Source: an uncultured Prevotella sp.
Lineage (GTDB): Bacteria; Bacteroidota; Bacteroidia; Bacteroidales; Bacteroidaceae
DNA: 64,000 bases
Direction of reading: 5' to 3'
Assembly: GCA_946415245.1 (NCBI GenBank)
Contig: CAMKRS010000008.1
Location: forward strand, 3,118 to 67,117
Translations under genes and position numbers: made by a program
Notes under the pieces: generated by a model
What the model was told of the DNA's origin: nothing
Database searches by the model: none
The model's input: the letters and a program-made list of their open reading frames with translations, nothing else
In this document: piece by piece, positions 9,024 to 21,784 of the stretch
How the letters are laid out: every line of letters starts with the position of its first letter
Numbering within the stretch: the stretch's first letter is position 1

Positions 9024-11084
9024 TTATTTGATGAGGTCGACGGAGCGCTTGAGGAAGCGGTCGAGGGCCTCGCCCTTTAGCATACCATTCTGGAGCAGGG
9101 CCAGGTCGATGAGCTGGTGGACGATGGAGTTGTCTTTCGCATAGTTGGCGATGACAGCGGTCTTCTTGTCCTTCTCGGCCTGAACGGCTTTCTCAGCCTC
9201 TGCCTTCTGGTCTTTCTCCTCCTGGGTGATCTCGTCGTATTTCTTCTTATCCTGAGCCTGACGGATGGCAGCCAGACGTGCCTCCTGACCCTTCAGCTCT
9301 GCAAGGATGGGCTTGAGGGCCTCGGCAGTGGCAGCCTCAGAGTCATCGAGCACTTTCTTCACGAGCGGATGGTCGGAGTTGAGCACGAGGTTGAACGAGT
9401 CGGGCATCTGACCATAGAAGCCCATGCCGGCCTGGAACTTGCTCATGTCCTTCATACGACGCATATATTCGTTCTGCGTGATGACCACCGGACGGGCCTC
9501 GGTGCCGAGAGCATCGACCTGGACCATGAACTCGGTATGGTCGATCTTCGGCAACTGTGTGCGGAAGACGGCTGACAAATTGTCACTCTGCTCTTCAGAG
9601 AGGTCGGACTTCGGGGCGTCGCTCTTGACGATGAGGCGATCGATGATGTCGGAGTCGACACGTGTGAAACGGCTCTTCTCGAACTTCTGTTCGAGGGTCT
9701 GGATGGTGGGCACGTCAAGCTGGCCGTCGAGCAGCAGCACGCTGTAACCCTTGTCCTGAGCGGCCTTGATATAAGAGTACTGCTCTTCCTTGTCGGTGGC
9801 GTAGAGGTAGACGAGGGTGTCGTCCTTATCCTTCTGGTTGGCCTCGATGAGGGTCTTGTACTCGTCGAAGGTGAAATATTTGCCCTCGGTATCTTTCATC
9901 AGGGCGAACTCCTTGGCGCGGTCATAGAAACCTTCCTCAGAGAGGATGCCGTAGTTGATGAAGAGCTTCAGGTCGTCCCACTTCTCCTCGTATTCCTTGC
10001 GGTTCTCAGAGAAGATGGCCTTCAGACGGTCGGCTACTTTCTTGGTGATGTAGGTGGAGATCTTCTTCACCTCGCGGTCGCTCTGCAGATAGCTGCGGCT
10101 GACGTTCAGGGGGATATCGGGTGAGTCGATCACACCGTGCAACAGGGTGAGGAACTCAGGTACGATGCCCTCCACCTGATCGGTGACGAAGACCTGGTTG
10201 CAGTAGAGCTGGATCTTGTTTTTCTGCAACTCGATGTTGGACTTGATCTTCGGGAAATAGAGGATACCCGTGAGGTTGAAGGGGTAGTCGACGTTGAGGT
10301 GGATCCAGAACAGCGGCTCGTCGCTCATGGGGTAGAGGGTGCGGTAGAACGACTTGTAATCCTCGTCCTTGAGTGTGCTTGGGGCTTTGGTCCACAGGGG
10401 CTCTACATTATTGATGATGTTGTCCTCGGCGGTGTCCACCATCTTGCTCTCTTCCTTTGACCACTCCTGCTTCTTACCGAAGGCGATGGGTACGGCCATA
10501 AATTTGCAGTATTTCTGGAGCAGGCCCTCGAGCTTATACTTGTCGAGGAACTCCTTGCAGTCGTCGTCGATGTAGAGGATGATGTCGGAACCGTGGTCGG
10601 CGCGCTCGGCATCGTCGATCTCGTAGGCCGGTGAGCCGTCGCAGCTCCACTTCACGGCCTTGGCACCTTCCTTATACGACTTGGTGATGATCTCTACCTT
10701 CTTCGATACCATGAATGAGGAGTAGAAACCAAGACCGAAGTGGCCGATGATGTTGTTGGCATTGTCCTTGTACTTCTCGAGGAAGTCGCTGACGCCCGAG
10801 AAGGCAATCTGATTGATGTACTTGTCGATCTCTTCCTCGGTCATGCCGATACCGTGGTCGCTGATGGTAATGGTGCCCTTGTCGGCATCGAAATTCACAC
10901 GGACGGTGAGGTCGCCCAGATCGTCCTTGTACTCGCCCTGTGCTGCCAGCGTCTTCATCTTCTGCGTGGCATCTACCGCATTGGAAACCATTTCACGAAG
11001 AAAGATCTCGTGATCACTATAAAGAAACTTTTTGATGACTGGAAAGATGTTCTCAGTCGTTACGCCAATATTACCTTTTTGCAT
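9024..11084 (-). CDS. htpG: Chaperone HtpG (Hsp90)
   Basis: 'LYSDHEIFLREMVSNAVDA', 'DHGIGMT', 'IGHFGLGFYS', 'IPLNVSRSYLQ'. Confidence 0.97.
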   Translation of the reverse strand: MQKGNIGVTTENIFPVIKKFLYSDHEIFLREMVSNAVDATQKMKTLAAQGEYKDDLGDLTVRVNFDADKGTITISDHGIGMTEEEIDKYINQIAFSGVSDFLEKYKDNANNIIGHFGLGFYSSFMVSKKVEIITKSYKEGAKAVKWSCDGSPAYEIDDAERADHGSDIILYIDDDCKEFLDKYKLEGLLQKYCKFMAVPIAFGKKQEWSKEESKMVDTAEDNIINNVEPLWTKAPSTLKDEDYKSFYRTLYPMSDEPLFWIHLNVDYPFNLTGILYFPKIKSNIELQKNKIQLYCNQVFVTDQVEGIVPEFLTLLHGVIDSPDIPLNVSRSYLQSDREVKKISTYITKKVADRLKAIFSENRKEYEEKWDDLKLFINYGILSEEGFYDRAKEFALMKDTEGKYFTFDEYKTLIEANQKDKDDTLVYLYATDKEEQYSYIKAAQDKGYSVLLLDGQLDVPTIQTLEQKFEKSRFTRVDSDIIDRLIVKSDAPKSDLSEEQSDNLSAVFRTQLPKIDHTEFMVQVDALGTEARPVVITQNEYMRRMKDMSKFQAGMGFYGQMPDSFNLVLNSDHPLVKKVLDDSEAATAEALKPILAELKGQEARLAAIRQAQDKKKYDEITQEEKDQKAEAEKAVQAEKDKKTAVIANYAKDNSIVHQLIDLALLQNGMLKGEALDRFLKRSVDLIK

Positions 11085-11094
11085 AGTTTTTATA

Positions 11095-11126
11095 TTTTAC
11101 TTTTTTACCTTTTTACTTTTTTATCT
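11095..11126. repeat. 4 x 8-bp tandem repeat in the htpG leader
   Basis: TTTTACTT TTTTACCT TTTTACTT TTTTATCT. Confidence 0.7.
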
Positions 11127-11231
11127 TTCCAAGCATCATGCAAATACCGTGCCAAACAAAAAATGAGCGGCATCTGCCATCCGACAGACACCGCTCGCGT
11201 ACAAGCAGTATATTAGTATGTGGTATTATTC

Positions 11232-12506
11232 TTACTTGAAGATGAGCTGAGCGAACTCGAAGAGGCTGCGACGCCAGGTGTGCCACTCGTGGGCAGTGCC
11301 TGGTGACTCGTAACCTACGGCGTTCATGCCGAGCTGCTCCTTGATGTTCTTAGCAGCCTCGACGCAACCCATGTTCTCCTTGCCACCACCGCTCATGAAG
11401 AGCAGCTTGACATTCTTAGCAAAACCTTCTGAATTCTTCACCTGATCGACGTTCCATGCACCGCTGCTGAACGAACCTACATAAGCGAACTTATCGGGAT
11501 TGGCGAGTGTGATCTCACGAGCCTGCATGCCACCCATGGACAGACCGGCATAAGCACGGTGCTGAGGATCGGCAATCACACGGTAGTTCTTCTCGACCAT
11601 CGGGATGATATCGTTGAAGAGCACATTCTTGAAGCCCTCGGAGAAGCCACCGAAGCCGCCGAAACCGCCACGACGCTGACCACCCTGAGGACGCTGGCCA
11701 CCCTGACCAGGAGCGCCCTGAGGACGGGGACCCTGAGGAGCTGCACCTGCAGCACCCTGTGGACGCGGACCACCGAAGCCGCCAAAGCCGCCAGCCTCAC
11801 CTGGACGCTGTGTGTTCAGACCATTGTCCATCACGATGATGCAAGGAACGGCCTTACCCTCGGCAATCAGGTTGTCCATGATCTGAGCGGTGTGACCCTG
11901 CTCGGCCCAGCCGTACTCGTTCTCACCCATACCGTGCTGCAGATACAGAACGGGGAATTTCTTGGTGGGATTGGTGAAATACTCATGAGGCAGATAAACG
12001 TGGCAACGACGCATCTTCTCGGTGTAGGTAGACCAGTAGAAGACCTCGCTGACAGAGCCCTGCGGTACATTCTTCACCTGCCAGAAATCCTGATCGGCAG
12101 AAGGTACCTCGATGCCACTGCCCCAACGGCTGGCACCATAGTAATAAAGGCTATTGGGGTCGGGCACGCTGGCACCGTCGATGTTGAGCTGATAGTAGTG
12201 GAAACCCTCGTCCTGAGGCTCTGAGGTACCGGTCCAGAGACCGTTCTCATCCTTGGTCATCTCGTAGATCTTACCAGCGATGTCGAGACCAACGAACTTG
12301 GCCTGAGGGGCTGAGATCTGCGCACGTACCTGACGCTTTGAGTTGACGGCGGGGAACTGCTTGTTGTCCTGGTTGCTGGCTGCGGGCTTGAAGTCCTCAA
12401 CCTCTGCCTGTACTGAAGGCACGATGGGGTTTTGTCTGGGTGCTCCGAACTGAGCGAATGCTGTCATGCTTGTGAAAGCCAGCATTGTAAGAATCATTTT
12501 TTTCAT
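11232..12506 (-). CDS. Secreted CE1 esterase (feruloyl/acetylxylan esterase-like) with CBM48-like N-terminus
   Basis: Signal peptide; 'GFHYYQLNIDG..VPDP', 'PVLYLQHG', nucleophile GLSMGG, 'GTAHEW'. Confidence 0.85.
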   Translation of the reverse strand: MKKMILTMLAFTSMTAFAQFGAPRQNPIVPSVQAEVEDFKPAASNQDNKQFPAVNSKRQVRAQISAPQAKFVGLDIAGKIYEMTKDENGLWTGTSEPQDEGFHYYQLNIDGASVPDPNSLYYYGASRWGSGIEVPSADQDFWQVKNVPQGSVSEVFYWSTYTEKMRRCHVYLPHEYFTNPTKKFPVLYLQHGMGENEYGWAEQGHTAQIMDNLIAEGKAVPCIIVMDNGLNTQRPGEAGGFGGFGGPRPQGAAGAAPQGPRPQGAPGQGGQRPQGGQRRGGFGGFGGFSEGFKNVLFNDIIPMVEKNYRVIADPQHRAYAGLSMGGMQAREITLANPDKFAYVGSFSSGAWNVDQVKNSEGFAKNVKLLFMSGGGKENMGCVEAAKNIKEQLGMNAVGYESPGTAHEWHTWRRSLFEFAQLIFK

Positions 12507-12565
12507 AAGTTGATTTTAATAAGTTGAAAATATTAAGTTGATAATCATTCCTACACTAATAACGA

Positions 12566-12605
12566 TTTGACGCAGCTTCTACCCGAAAGTAAAAACTGCG
12601 TCGAA
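12566..12605 (-). terminator. Hairpin downstream of maeB
   Basis: TTTGACGCAG...CTGCGTCGAA. Confidence 0.55.
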
Positions 12606-12632
12606 AGAGTTAAGATATATTAACAATAGATC

Positions 12633-14936
<2,304 letters not shown>

Positions 14937-15088
14937 TTTATGTTGCTATTAAAGTGTATTATTATCCTAAAATACATGAGTATATTTGCAAATCGCCCGC
15001 AAAATTACAAAATATTTTTGTCTTTTCGTATAATCTTTGGTACTTTTCACGCTTTTTTTTGTATCTTTGTCACCAAATCTGCAAGAAT

Positions 15089-15706
15089 ATGCAAGAAAAG
15101 AATACAATCACGGCTTATAAGAAAGGTTTGCGCGCGGTAATTCTCAAGGCTGCGATGAAAGCTTTCACAGAGAAAGGCATCCGTGCGGTGAAGATGGACG
15201 ACATCGCTGAGAGTCTCGCCATCTCGAAGCGTACCATGTATGAAATCTATGCCACGAAGGAAGAACTGCTCTACGAGGGAGTGAAGACTTTCCGTGAGGA
15301 CCGTAGGAAGAAATTCATGGAGATGGGCAAGGAGAAAGACCTGATGGAGATTCTGCTGAAGGTGTATCATATGAGGGTGGAGGAGGCGAATGCCGTCAAT
15401 CCGCTGTTCTATGATGATCTGGTGAAGTATCCGCGGGTACTTCGTTACCTGACCCGTGAACAGAAGAACTCGCGTGAGGATATGATGAAGTTCTTTGAGC
15501 GTGGCGTAGAGGAAGGCTATTTCCGCGATGATGTCAACTACGAACTGGCAGCACGTCTGTTTGATGCGTTAGGTCGCTATATCCAGGAGGAACGTCTATA
15601 TAATAAGTATAGTATCAAGGAGATTTTCCGGGGTATGCCTCTGGTGCTGCTGCGAGGGCTCTGTACGGAGAAGGGCATCGAGAAGTTGCAAAAAATTAGC
15701 CGCTGA
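15089..15706 (+). CDS. TetR/AcrR-family regulator
   Basis: HTH 'GIRAVKMDDIAESLAISKRTMYEIYATKEELL'; start ATG at 15089 after TATCTTTG. Confidence 0.9.
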   Translation: MQEKNTITAYKKGLRAVILKAAMKAFTEKGIRAVKMDDIAESLAISKRTMYEIYATKEELLYEGVKTFREDRRKKFMEMGKEKDLMEILLKVYHMRVEEANAVNPLFYDDLVKYPRVLRYLTREQKNSREDMMKFFERGVEEGYFRDDVNYELAARLFDALGRYIQEERLYNKYSIKEIFRGMPLVLLRGLCTEKGIEKLQKISR

Positions 15707-15723
15707 AACTAATTCAGCGGCTA
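15697..15723. terminator. Bidirectional terminator between TetR and hppA
   Basis: TAGCCGCTGAA-ACTAA-TTCAGCGGCTA. Confidence 0.8.
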
Positions 15724-15743
15724 TCTTTTTTATAAGTGTTCTC

Positions 15744-17930
15744 TTACATGAAGGCTACTGTGAGTCCTGCCATCACGATGCTCACCATCGACATCAGCTT
15801 GATGAGGATGTTGAGCGAAGGACCAGACGTATCCTTGAAGGGGTCACCAACGGTATCACCTACGATACAGGCCTTATGGGCAAACGAGCCCTTGCCACCG
15901 AAGGCACCCTCCTCGATATTCTTCTTGGCATTATCCCAGGCACCACCGGCATTGGCCATAAACACAGCCAAAGTGAAACCACCGGCCAGACCACCAACCA
16001 GCAAACCTAAGACACCAGCCACACCGAGTATGCATCCAACGATGATGGGGATGATGATAGCCAGAACGGATGGGATGATCATCTCGTGCTGAGCGGCTTT
16101 GGTGGAAATTTCCACGCAACGACCGTAATCGGGAGTACCTGTTCCTTCGAGGATACCGGCTATCTCCTTGAACTGACGACGAACCTCCTGTACCATCTTC
16201 TCAGCAGCACGACCTACAGCCTCCATCGTCATACCACAGAACAGGAAGGCAGCCATCGCACCGATGAAGGCACCTACGAGCACCTTTGGGTTCATGAGGT
16301 TCACCTGGAAGTAGTTCATGAAGTCGGGAATATTGGCATCAGCGGCTGAAATGAGCTCGCCTTTGACATTCTCCATCATCACGTCAGCACGCGCCATCGC
16401 AATCTTGATTTCCTCAATATAGGAAGCCAGCAGAGCTAGTGCCGTGAGGGCTGCAGAACCGATAGCAAAGCCCTTACCTGTAGCAGCAGTAGTGTTGCCA
16501 AGTGCATCGAGGGCATCCGTACGGTGACGCACTTCCTCACCCAGCTGTGACATTTCGGCATTACCACCGGCATTGTCAGCGATAGGTCCGTAAGCATCGG
16601 TAGCCAGAGTGATGCCCAGTGTTGAGAGCATACCTACGGCAGCGATACCAATGCCGTAAAGACCATGTGACAGACTTTCGGATGTCATAGAGAGGTCGAA
16701 GCCGTTGGCGCAGAGGTAACTGAGCATGATAGCCACACCGATGGTGATGACGGGCACACAGGTGGAAATCATACCTGTACCGATACCTTTAATAATAACG
16801 GTAGCAGCACCAGTCTGTCCGGCCTCAGAAATCTTCTGTGTCGGCTTGTATGAGTGAGAGGTGTAGTATTCTGTTGCCTGTCCGATGATGACACCAGCAG
16901 CCAGACCAGAGATCACAGAGAAGGAGAGACCCAGCCAGTTCTCGATACCTAAGAGGTAGAGAATGGCGAAAGTGGCGATGGCGATGAGGATAGCACTGAC
17001 GTTCGTACCCAGAGAGAGTGAACGCAGTAGGTCTTTCATCGTAGCGCCCTCCTTGGTACGAACCAGGAAGATGCCCAGCAATGAGAGGAACACACCAACG
17101 GCAGCAATCAGCATCGGGGCAATGACAGCTTTGAGCTGGATGTCGAGACCTGCCACACCGAAGGCAGCAGCACCCAGAGCAGCAGTTGACAGTACTGAAC
17201 CGCAATAGCTCTCATAGAGGTCGGCACCCATACCGGCCACGTCACCTACGTTATCACCCACATTATCAGCAATGGTAGCGGGGTTACGGGGATCATCCTC
17301 AGGGATATCAGCCTCCACCTTACCCACGATATCGGCACCTACGTCGGCAGCCTTAGTATAGATACCACCACCGACACGAGCGAAGAGGGCCTGTGTAGAG
17401 GCACCCATTCCGAAGGTCAGCATGGTAGTGGTGATGGAGATGAGTCCGTCCTGATCGAAATAGTTCAGCACGACAAACCAGATGGCGATGTCGAGCAGAC
17501 CCAAGCCTACGACGGTGAGTCCCATTACGGCACCAGAGCGGAAGGCAATCTTCAGACCAGCGTCGAGGCTCTCACGGGCAGCATTTGCCGTACGGGCAGA
17601 AGCATAGGTGGCGGTCTTCATGCCGAAGAAGCCTGCCAGACCGGAGAAGAAACCACCGGTAAGGAAGGCGAATGGAACCCAGGGGTTCTGTACGTTGAGG
17701 CCATACGCCATGAAGGCGAAGAGGGCGCAGAGCACAACGAATACAATACCTACCACCTTGTACTGTTGTTTGAGGTAGGCCATTGCGCCATTACGGACAT
17801 AGAGAGCAATCTCTTTCATACGGGGCGTACCCTCGTCGGCCGCCATCATCTGACGGAAGAAGGTGTACGCCATGCCCAATGCCACCACCGATGCGATAGG
17901 CACGAGCCAGAATACTGAGGGGATGTTCAT
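15744..17930 (-). CDS. hppA: K+-dependent membrane pyrophosphatase (Na+- or Na+/H+-translocating)
   Basis: 'GGIYTKAADVGAD..GKVE..IPEDDPRN', 'DNVGDNVGD', 'GNTTAATGKG' (Ala form, K+-dependent), 'GDTVGDPFKD'. Confidence 0.95.
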   Translation of the reverse strand: MNIPSVFWLVPIASVVALGMAYTFFRQMMAADEGTPRMKEIALYVRNGAMAYLKQQYKVVGIVFVVLCALFAFMAYGLNVQNPWVPFAFLTGGFFSGLAGFFGMKTATYASARTANAARESLDAGLKIAFRSGAVMGLTVVGLGLLDIAIWFVVLNYFDQDGLISITTTMLTFGMGASTQALFARVGGGIYTKAADVGADIVGKVEADIPEDDPRNPATIADNVGDNVGDVAGMGADLYESYCGSVLSTAALGAAAFGVAGLDIQLKAVIAPMLIAAVGVFLSLLGIFLVRTKEGATMKDLLRSLSLGTNVSAILIAIATFAILYLLGIENWLGLSFSVISGLAAGVIIGQATEYYTSHSYKPTQKISEAGQTGAATVIIKGIGTGMISTCVPVITIGVAIMLSYLCANGFDLSMTSESLSHGLYGIGIAAVGMLSTLGITLATDAYGPIADNAGGNAEMSQLGEEVRHRTDALDALGNTTAATGKGFAIGSAALTALALLASYIEEIKIAMARADVMMENVKGELISAADANIPDFMNYFQVNLMNPKVLVGAFIGAMAAFLFCGMTMEAVGRAAEKMVQEVRRQFKEIAGILEGTGTPDYGRCVEISTKAAQHEMIIPSVLAIIIPIIVGCILGVAGVLGLLVGGLAGGFTLAVFMANAGGAWDNAKKNIEEGAFGGKGSFAHKACIVGDTVGDPFKDTSGPSLNILIKLMSMVSIVMAGLTVAFM

Positions 17931-17972
17931 GTTTGTGTTGAATTAATTATGGTTTATTAATTGATGATTTGA

Positions 17973-18788
17973 TTATTCGTCTACGTAGTCCGAAAGCTGT
18001 GCGGCCTCATCGTCGGGATCCTCACCGCCCAGATCCATCATCGTCGAGTAGTTGTCTTCGGTGATCTCGTCGTCATCGGGATCCTCTACGGTATCATCCT
18101 CGTCGTCATGGTTCTTATAATCGTCTTGTACCTCGAAGTCCTCGTCCTCGCCGACTTCCTCTTCGTCTTCATCACCGAACTTCATCTTGGGTTTCTCCTG
18201 TTCGGGTTTGAGTTTGGCAAAGATAGCTTCTACCCAGTTGCCCTTCTCAATCTCGAGTACCTCGAAACCGTCGGCCACCTTCTTCTCATACATGCCGCCC
18301 TTCTTGTGCAGACGATCTTTGGGCAGTGTGGTGGTAGAGATATCGAAGCCGCTCAGGATGATGTCCTGTATGGATTGTGAGAGTGAGTCCCAGCCACCTC
18401 CGAAGTTGCGCTCAATCACCTCCAACAGCTTGTTGGAAGAGATGTGGCGAATGTTCTCATAGGTCAGATCGGTCACGCGGAGAATGGGTTTCTTCTTAAT
18501 GCCCCAAGAGAGCTTCTTGTCCTCGATCTTCAACGTGAAGACCTTGTAACCCTTCTTCTCGTAGGCCTTCTTCACGTTGTTGACATCTTCCTTGATATCA
18601 ATGATTTCAAAAGCGCTGCGGATCAGGTCTATATAGTGACGCAGGTTCTCGCGGATATCTGCATCCTTGACACCAGAGTCAAGCATACGGAACACGTCGT
18701 TCTCCTGTACATCCCATACGGAGCTCTTTGTAAGTGTCTTTAATGACACGATGTTCGTGTCTTCTGGTTGTTGTTTTGTTTTTGCCAT
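17973..18788 (-). CDS. Hypothetical protein with an internal duplication and a very acidic C-terminal tail
   Basis: Long ORF with host-like codon use; tail rich in D/E; start ATG at 18788. Confidence 0.8.
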   Translation of the reverse strand: MAKTKQQPEDTNIVSLKTLTKSSVWDVQENDVFRMLDSGVKDADIRENLRHYIDLIRSAFEIIDIKEDVNNVKKAYEKKGYKVFTLKIEDKKLSWGIKKKPILRVTDLTYENIRHISSNKLLEVIERNFGGGWDSLSQSIQDIILSGFDISTTTLPKDRLHKKGGMYEKKVADGFEVLEIEKGNWVEAIFAKLKPEQEKPKMKFGDEDEEEVGEDEDFEVQDDYKNHDDEDDTVEDPDDDEITEDNYSTMMDLGGEDPDDEAAQLSDYVDE

Positions 18789-18902
18789 ATTTTGATGTTT
18801 TTTGCTAATTTTCTGCAAATGTACAAACTTTGTTTATTATTCACAAATATTTGGCCATTTTTTTTGTTCTTTTCGCATTTTAGTGTAACTTTGCAATCAA
18901 AT

Positions 18903-20198
18903 ATGTCACAACCACTGGCTGAAAGACTTCGTCCTCGTACGCTTGATGACTATATCGGGCAACAACATTTGGTAGGCGAGGGGGCCGTCCTGCGAAAGAT
19001 GATCGACGCGGGACGTATCTCGTCGTTTATCCTCTGGGGACCTCCGGGCGTTGGTAAGACGACGCTGGCACAGATTATCGCTCACCGGCTGGAGACGCCT
19101 TTCTATACGCTCTCTGCTGTGACCAGTGGCGTGAAAGATGTGCGCGACGTGATTGAGAAGGCACAGAAGGGGCGTTTCTTCAATGAGGCATCGCCCATTC
19201 TCTTTATCGACGAGATTCATCGCTTCTCCAAATCACAGCAGGATTCCTTGTTAGGGGCTGTGGAGCGGGGCGTAGTGACGTTGATAGGTGCCACCACCGA
19301 GAATCCTTCTTTTGAGGTGATCCGACCGTTGCTGTCCCGTTGTCAGCTCTATGTGCTGAAATCGTTGGAGAAAGATGATCTGTTGCAACTGCTTGATCGG
19401 GCCATCCATACGGATGAGGTGCTGAAGGAGAAGCATATCGAGTTGAAGGAGACGGGCGCTATCTTGCGTTTCAGCGGTGGCGATGCACGCAAGCTGCTGA
19501 ATATCTTGGAACTGGTGGTGGAGTCAGAGTCTTCTGATGACTCTGAGTCTTCTGATTCTCCTATTGTCATTACCGATGAACTGGTGAACCTTCGTCTGCA
19601 GCAGAATCCTCTGGCTTACGACAAAGATGGCGAGATGCATTATGATATTATCTCTGCCTTTATCAAGAGCATTCGTGGCAGCGATCCTGATGCCGCCCTC
19701 TACTGGTTGGCAAGGATGATCGAGGGTGGGGAAGACCCTGTGTTTATCGCCCGCCGGTTGGTCATCTCTGCTGCTGAGGATATCGGTCTGGCTAATCCTA
19801 ATGCCTTGCTGTTGGCCAATGCTGCCTTTGATGCTGTGAATAAGATCGGCTGGCCTGAGGGACGTATTCCTTTGGCAGAGGCGACGGTGTATCTGGCCAC
19901 ATCGCCGAAGAGTAATAGTGCTTATCTGGGTATCGATGCCGCACTCGAACTCGTGCGTCGTACGGGTAATCAACCTGTGCCGCTGCCTATCCGCAACGCA
20001 CCTACGCAGTTGATGAAGGAGTTGGGCTATCACGATGGTTATAAGTATCCTCATGACTTCCCAGGACATTTTACCCCTCAGCAATACCTGCCTGATGAAC
20101 TCGTCAATGAACGTATCTGGCACGGACAGCATTCACCCGCTGAGGAGAAACTCGTGGAGCGGATGAAGAACTATTGGGGAAAGAGGTTTGAAAAGTGA
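18903..20198 (+). CDS. rarA: Replication-associated recombination protein A
   Basis: 'PLAERLRP', 'WGPPGVGKTT', 'DEIHRF', 'ATTENPSF', 'SAFIKSIRGSD'. Confidence 0.95.
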   Translation: MSQPLAERLRPRTLDDYIGQQHLVGEGAVLRKMIDAGRISSFILWGPPGVGKTTLAQIIAHRLETPFYTLSAVTSGVKDVRDVIEKAQKGRFFNEASPILFIDEIHRFSKSQQDSLLGAVERGVVTLIGATTENPSFEVIRPLLSRCQLYVLKSLEKDDLLQLLDRAIHTDEVLKEKHIELKETGAILRFSGGDARKLLNILELVVESESSDDSESSDSPIVITDELVNLRLQQNPLAYDKDGEMHYDIISAFIKSIRGSDPDAALYWLARMIEGGEDPVFIARRLVISAAEDIGLANPNALLLANAAFDAVNKIGWPEGRIPLAEATVYLATSPKSNSAYLGIDAALELVRRTGNQPVPLPIRNAPTQLMKELGYHDGYKYPHDFPGHFTPQQYLPDELVNERIWHGQHSPAEEKLVERMKNYWGKRFEK

Positions 20199-20209
20199 AT
20201 AGTGAATAG
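20189..20209 (+). repeat. 3 x heptamer at the rarA stop
   Basis: TGAAAAG TGAATAG TGAATAG. Confidence 0.65.
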
Positions 20210-20211
20210 TT

Positions 20212-20835
20212 TTGGATCAGGATATCATTATCTATATCATTGAATTGCTGGGTACCTTTGCCTTTGCCATCTCGGGTATCCGTCATGCAGCAGCCAAACA
20301 TTTCGACTGGTTTGGCGGTTATGTCTGCGGCATTGCTGTGGCCATCGGAGGTGGTACGATCCGCGATGTGATGTTGGGCACCACACCTTTCTGGATGACC
20401 ACGCCTATCTATATGATCTGTACGGCTGTGGCGCTGATGACGGTGGTGTTGTTCGGCAAATGGATGGAACCCTTGAAGAACGCTTGGTTCGTATTCGACA
20501 CCTTAGGTCTCGCTCTGTTCACTATTGCTGGTATTCAGAAGAGCCTGCTTTTCGGTCAACCGTTCTGGGTAGCAATTATCATGGGCTGCATCACAGGTTC
20601 TGCAGGTGGTGTCATCCGCGATGTGCTGCTCAACAACGAACCTGTTATCTTCCACAAAGAGATCTATGCGATGGCCTCTGTACTGGGCGGTTTGTTCTAC
20701 TGGGGCCTTGCAGAATTGGGACTGCCGGTGGAATGGTGTGCTGTCACCAGTTTTGTCATTACCTGTCTCATCCGCTTCTTAGCTGTTCGCTACCACATTT
20801 CCCTGCCTGTTTTAACTGAAAAGAGATATGAATAA
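20212..20835 (+). CDS. Trimeric intracellular cation channel (TRIC/YadS) family membrane protein
   Basis: Duplicated 'GGGTIRD' and 'GGVIRD' motifs, about 7 TM; TTG start. Confidence 0.88.
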   Translation: MDQDIIIYIIELLGTFAFAISGIRHAAAKHFDWFGGYVCGIAVAIGGGTIRDVMLGTTPFWMTTPIYMICTAVALMTVVLFGKWMEPLKNAWFVFDTLGLALFTIAGIQKSLLFGQPFWVAIIMGCITGSAGGVIRDVLLNNEPVIFHKEIYAMASVLGGLFYWGLAELGLPVEWCAVTSFVITCLIRFLAVRYHISLPVLTEKRYE

Positions 20836-21778
20836 GAGATGCTTAATGGTCGTGGTTTCAGGCCTGATGATGATGGGCCTTTGGATATCCTGCGGGGATA
20901 AAACGAAGGCTGGTGTTGCGACAGCCGACTCAACGGCGACAACCACAGACAGTATGGCTGCAACGGTTATAGACAAACACTCTGAAGCTTATATCCGACA
21001 GCGTGTCGATACGATATACAGTTATGTCGATCAAGGTCTTGTTGATCCCGATAGTATCTTCTGTTCACGGCGCTATTACACACTCCTGCAACAGGCTTCT
21101 CAACATAGCGAAAAGACAGGGTTTGTATACCAGGATTACGACCACTGGATCATGGGACAGGACCGATCGTCTGAATGGACCTATGATACGAAGAAGATAG
21201 AAAATATCACCGACTCCACAGCTGAGGTGGAAATGGATATCCGCAATTTTGGAAAACATAACTATGTGACCTTGAAACTGCGTTATGAGCGGGGGGATTG
21301 GTTTGTGGATGATTTCGTGAGCTATTCTGGCCATGAAACCGGTGAGCAGAATGAGTACTCGGAGGTAAAGACGATGGAGAAATTCATCAATGACCTGCGG
21401 GAAGTTCACGAGAAGGGCCGTGTGTTTACCGGCTATTGGGGCTGGGTGTATGAGGATACTCCGGAGTTGCTGTTACGACTGGTGATGACAGATCAAGGCC
21501 TGGAATGTACGGAATGCACCATCTACCGTCTGCATAGCTATCACAACGTAAAGACATCCTTCGATGGCGACTATCTCTATCTGGAAGACTTCTCAGAAGA
21601 AGCAGGAAAGATACGTCTGAAACTGAAACTCGACGATATTGGCGACCTGACTGGCGAGGCCTACGTAGAGCATCGTTACTTGAAAGATAGTTTCGAGGGT
21701 ACTATCACCCTGCGCAAGGACTTCTTCTATTATCGTGATATGCCTCAGCGCAAACCACTTTCTGACTACGCCGAATAG
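20828..21778 (+). CDS. Lipoprotein with DUF3828-like domain
   Basis: Lipobox WISC; 'DYDHWIMGQD', 'ERGDWFVDDF'. Confidence 0.65.
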   Translation: MNKRCLMVVVSGLMMMGLWISCGDKTKAGVATADSTATTTDSMAATVIDKHSEAYIRQRVDTIYSYVDQGLVDPDSIFCSRRYYTLLQQASQHSEKTGFVYQDYDHWIMGQDRSSEWTYDTKKIENITDSTAEVEMDIRNFGKHNYVTLKLRYERGDWFVDDFVSYSGHETGEQNEYSEVKTMEKFINDLREVHEKGRVFTGYWGWVYEDTPELLLRLVMTDQGLECTECTIYRLHSYHNVKTSFDGDYLYLEDFSEEAGKIRLKLKLDDIGDLTGEAYVEHRYLKDSFEGTITLRKDFFYYRDMPQRKPLSDYAE

Positions 21779-21784
21779 TTTCTC

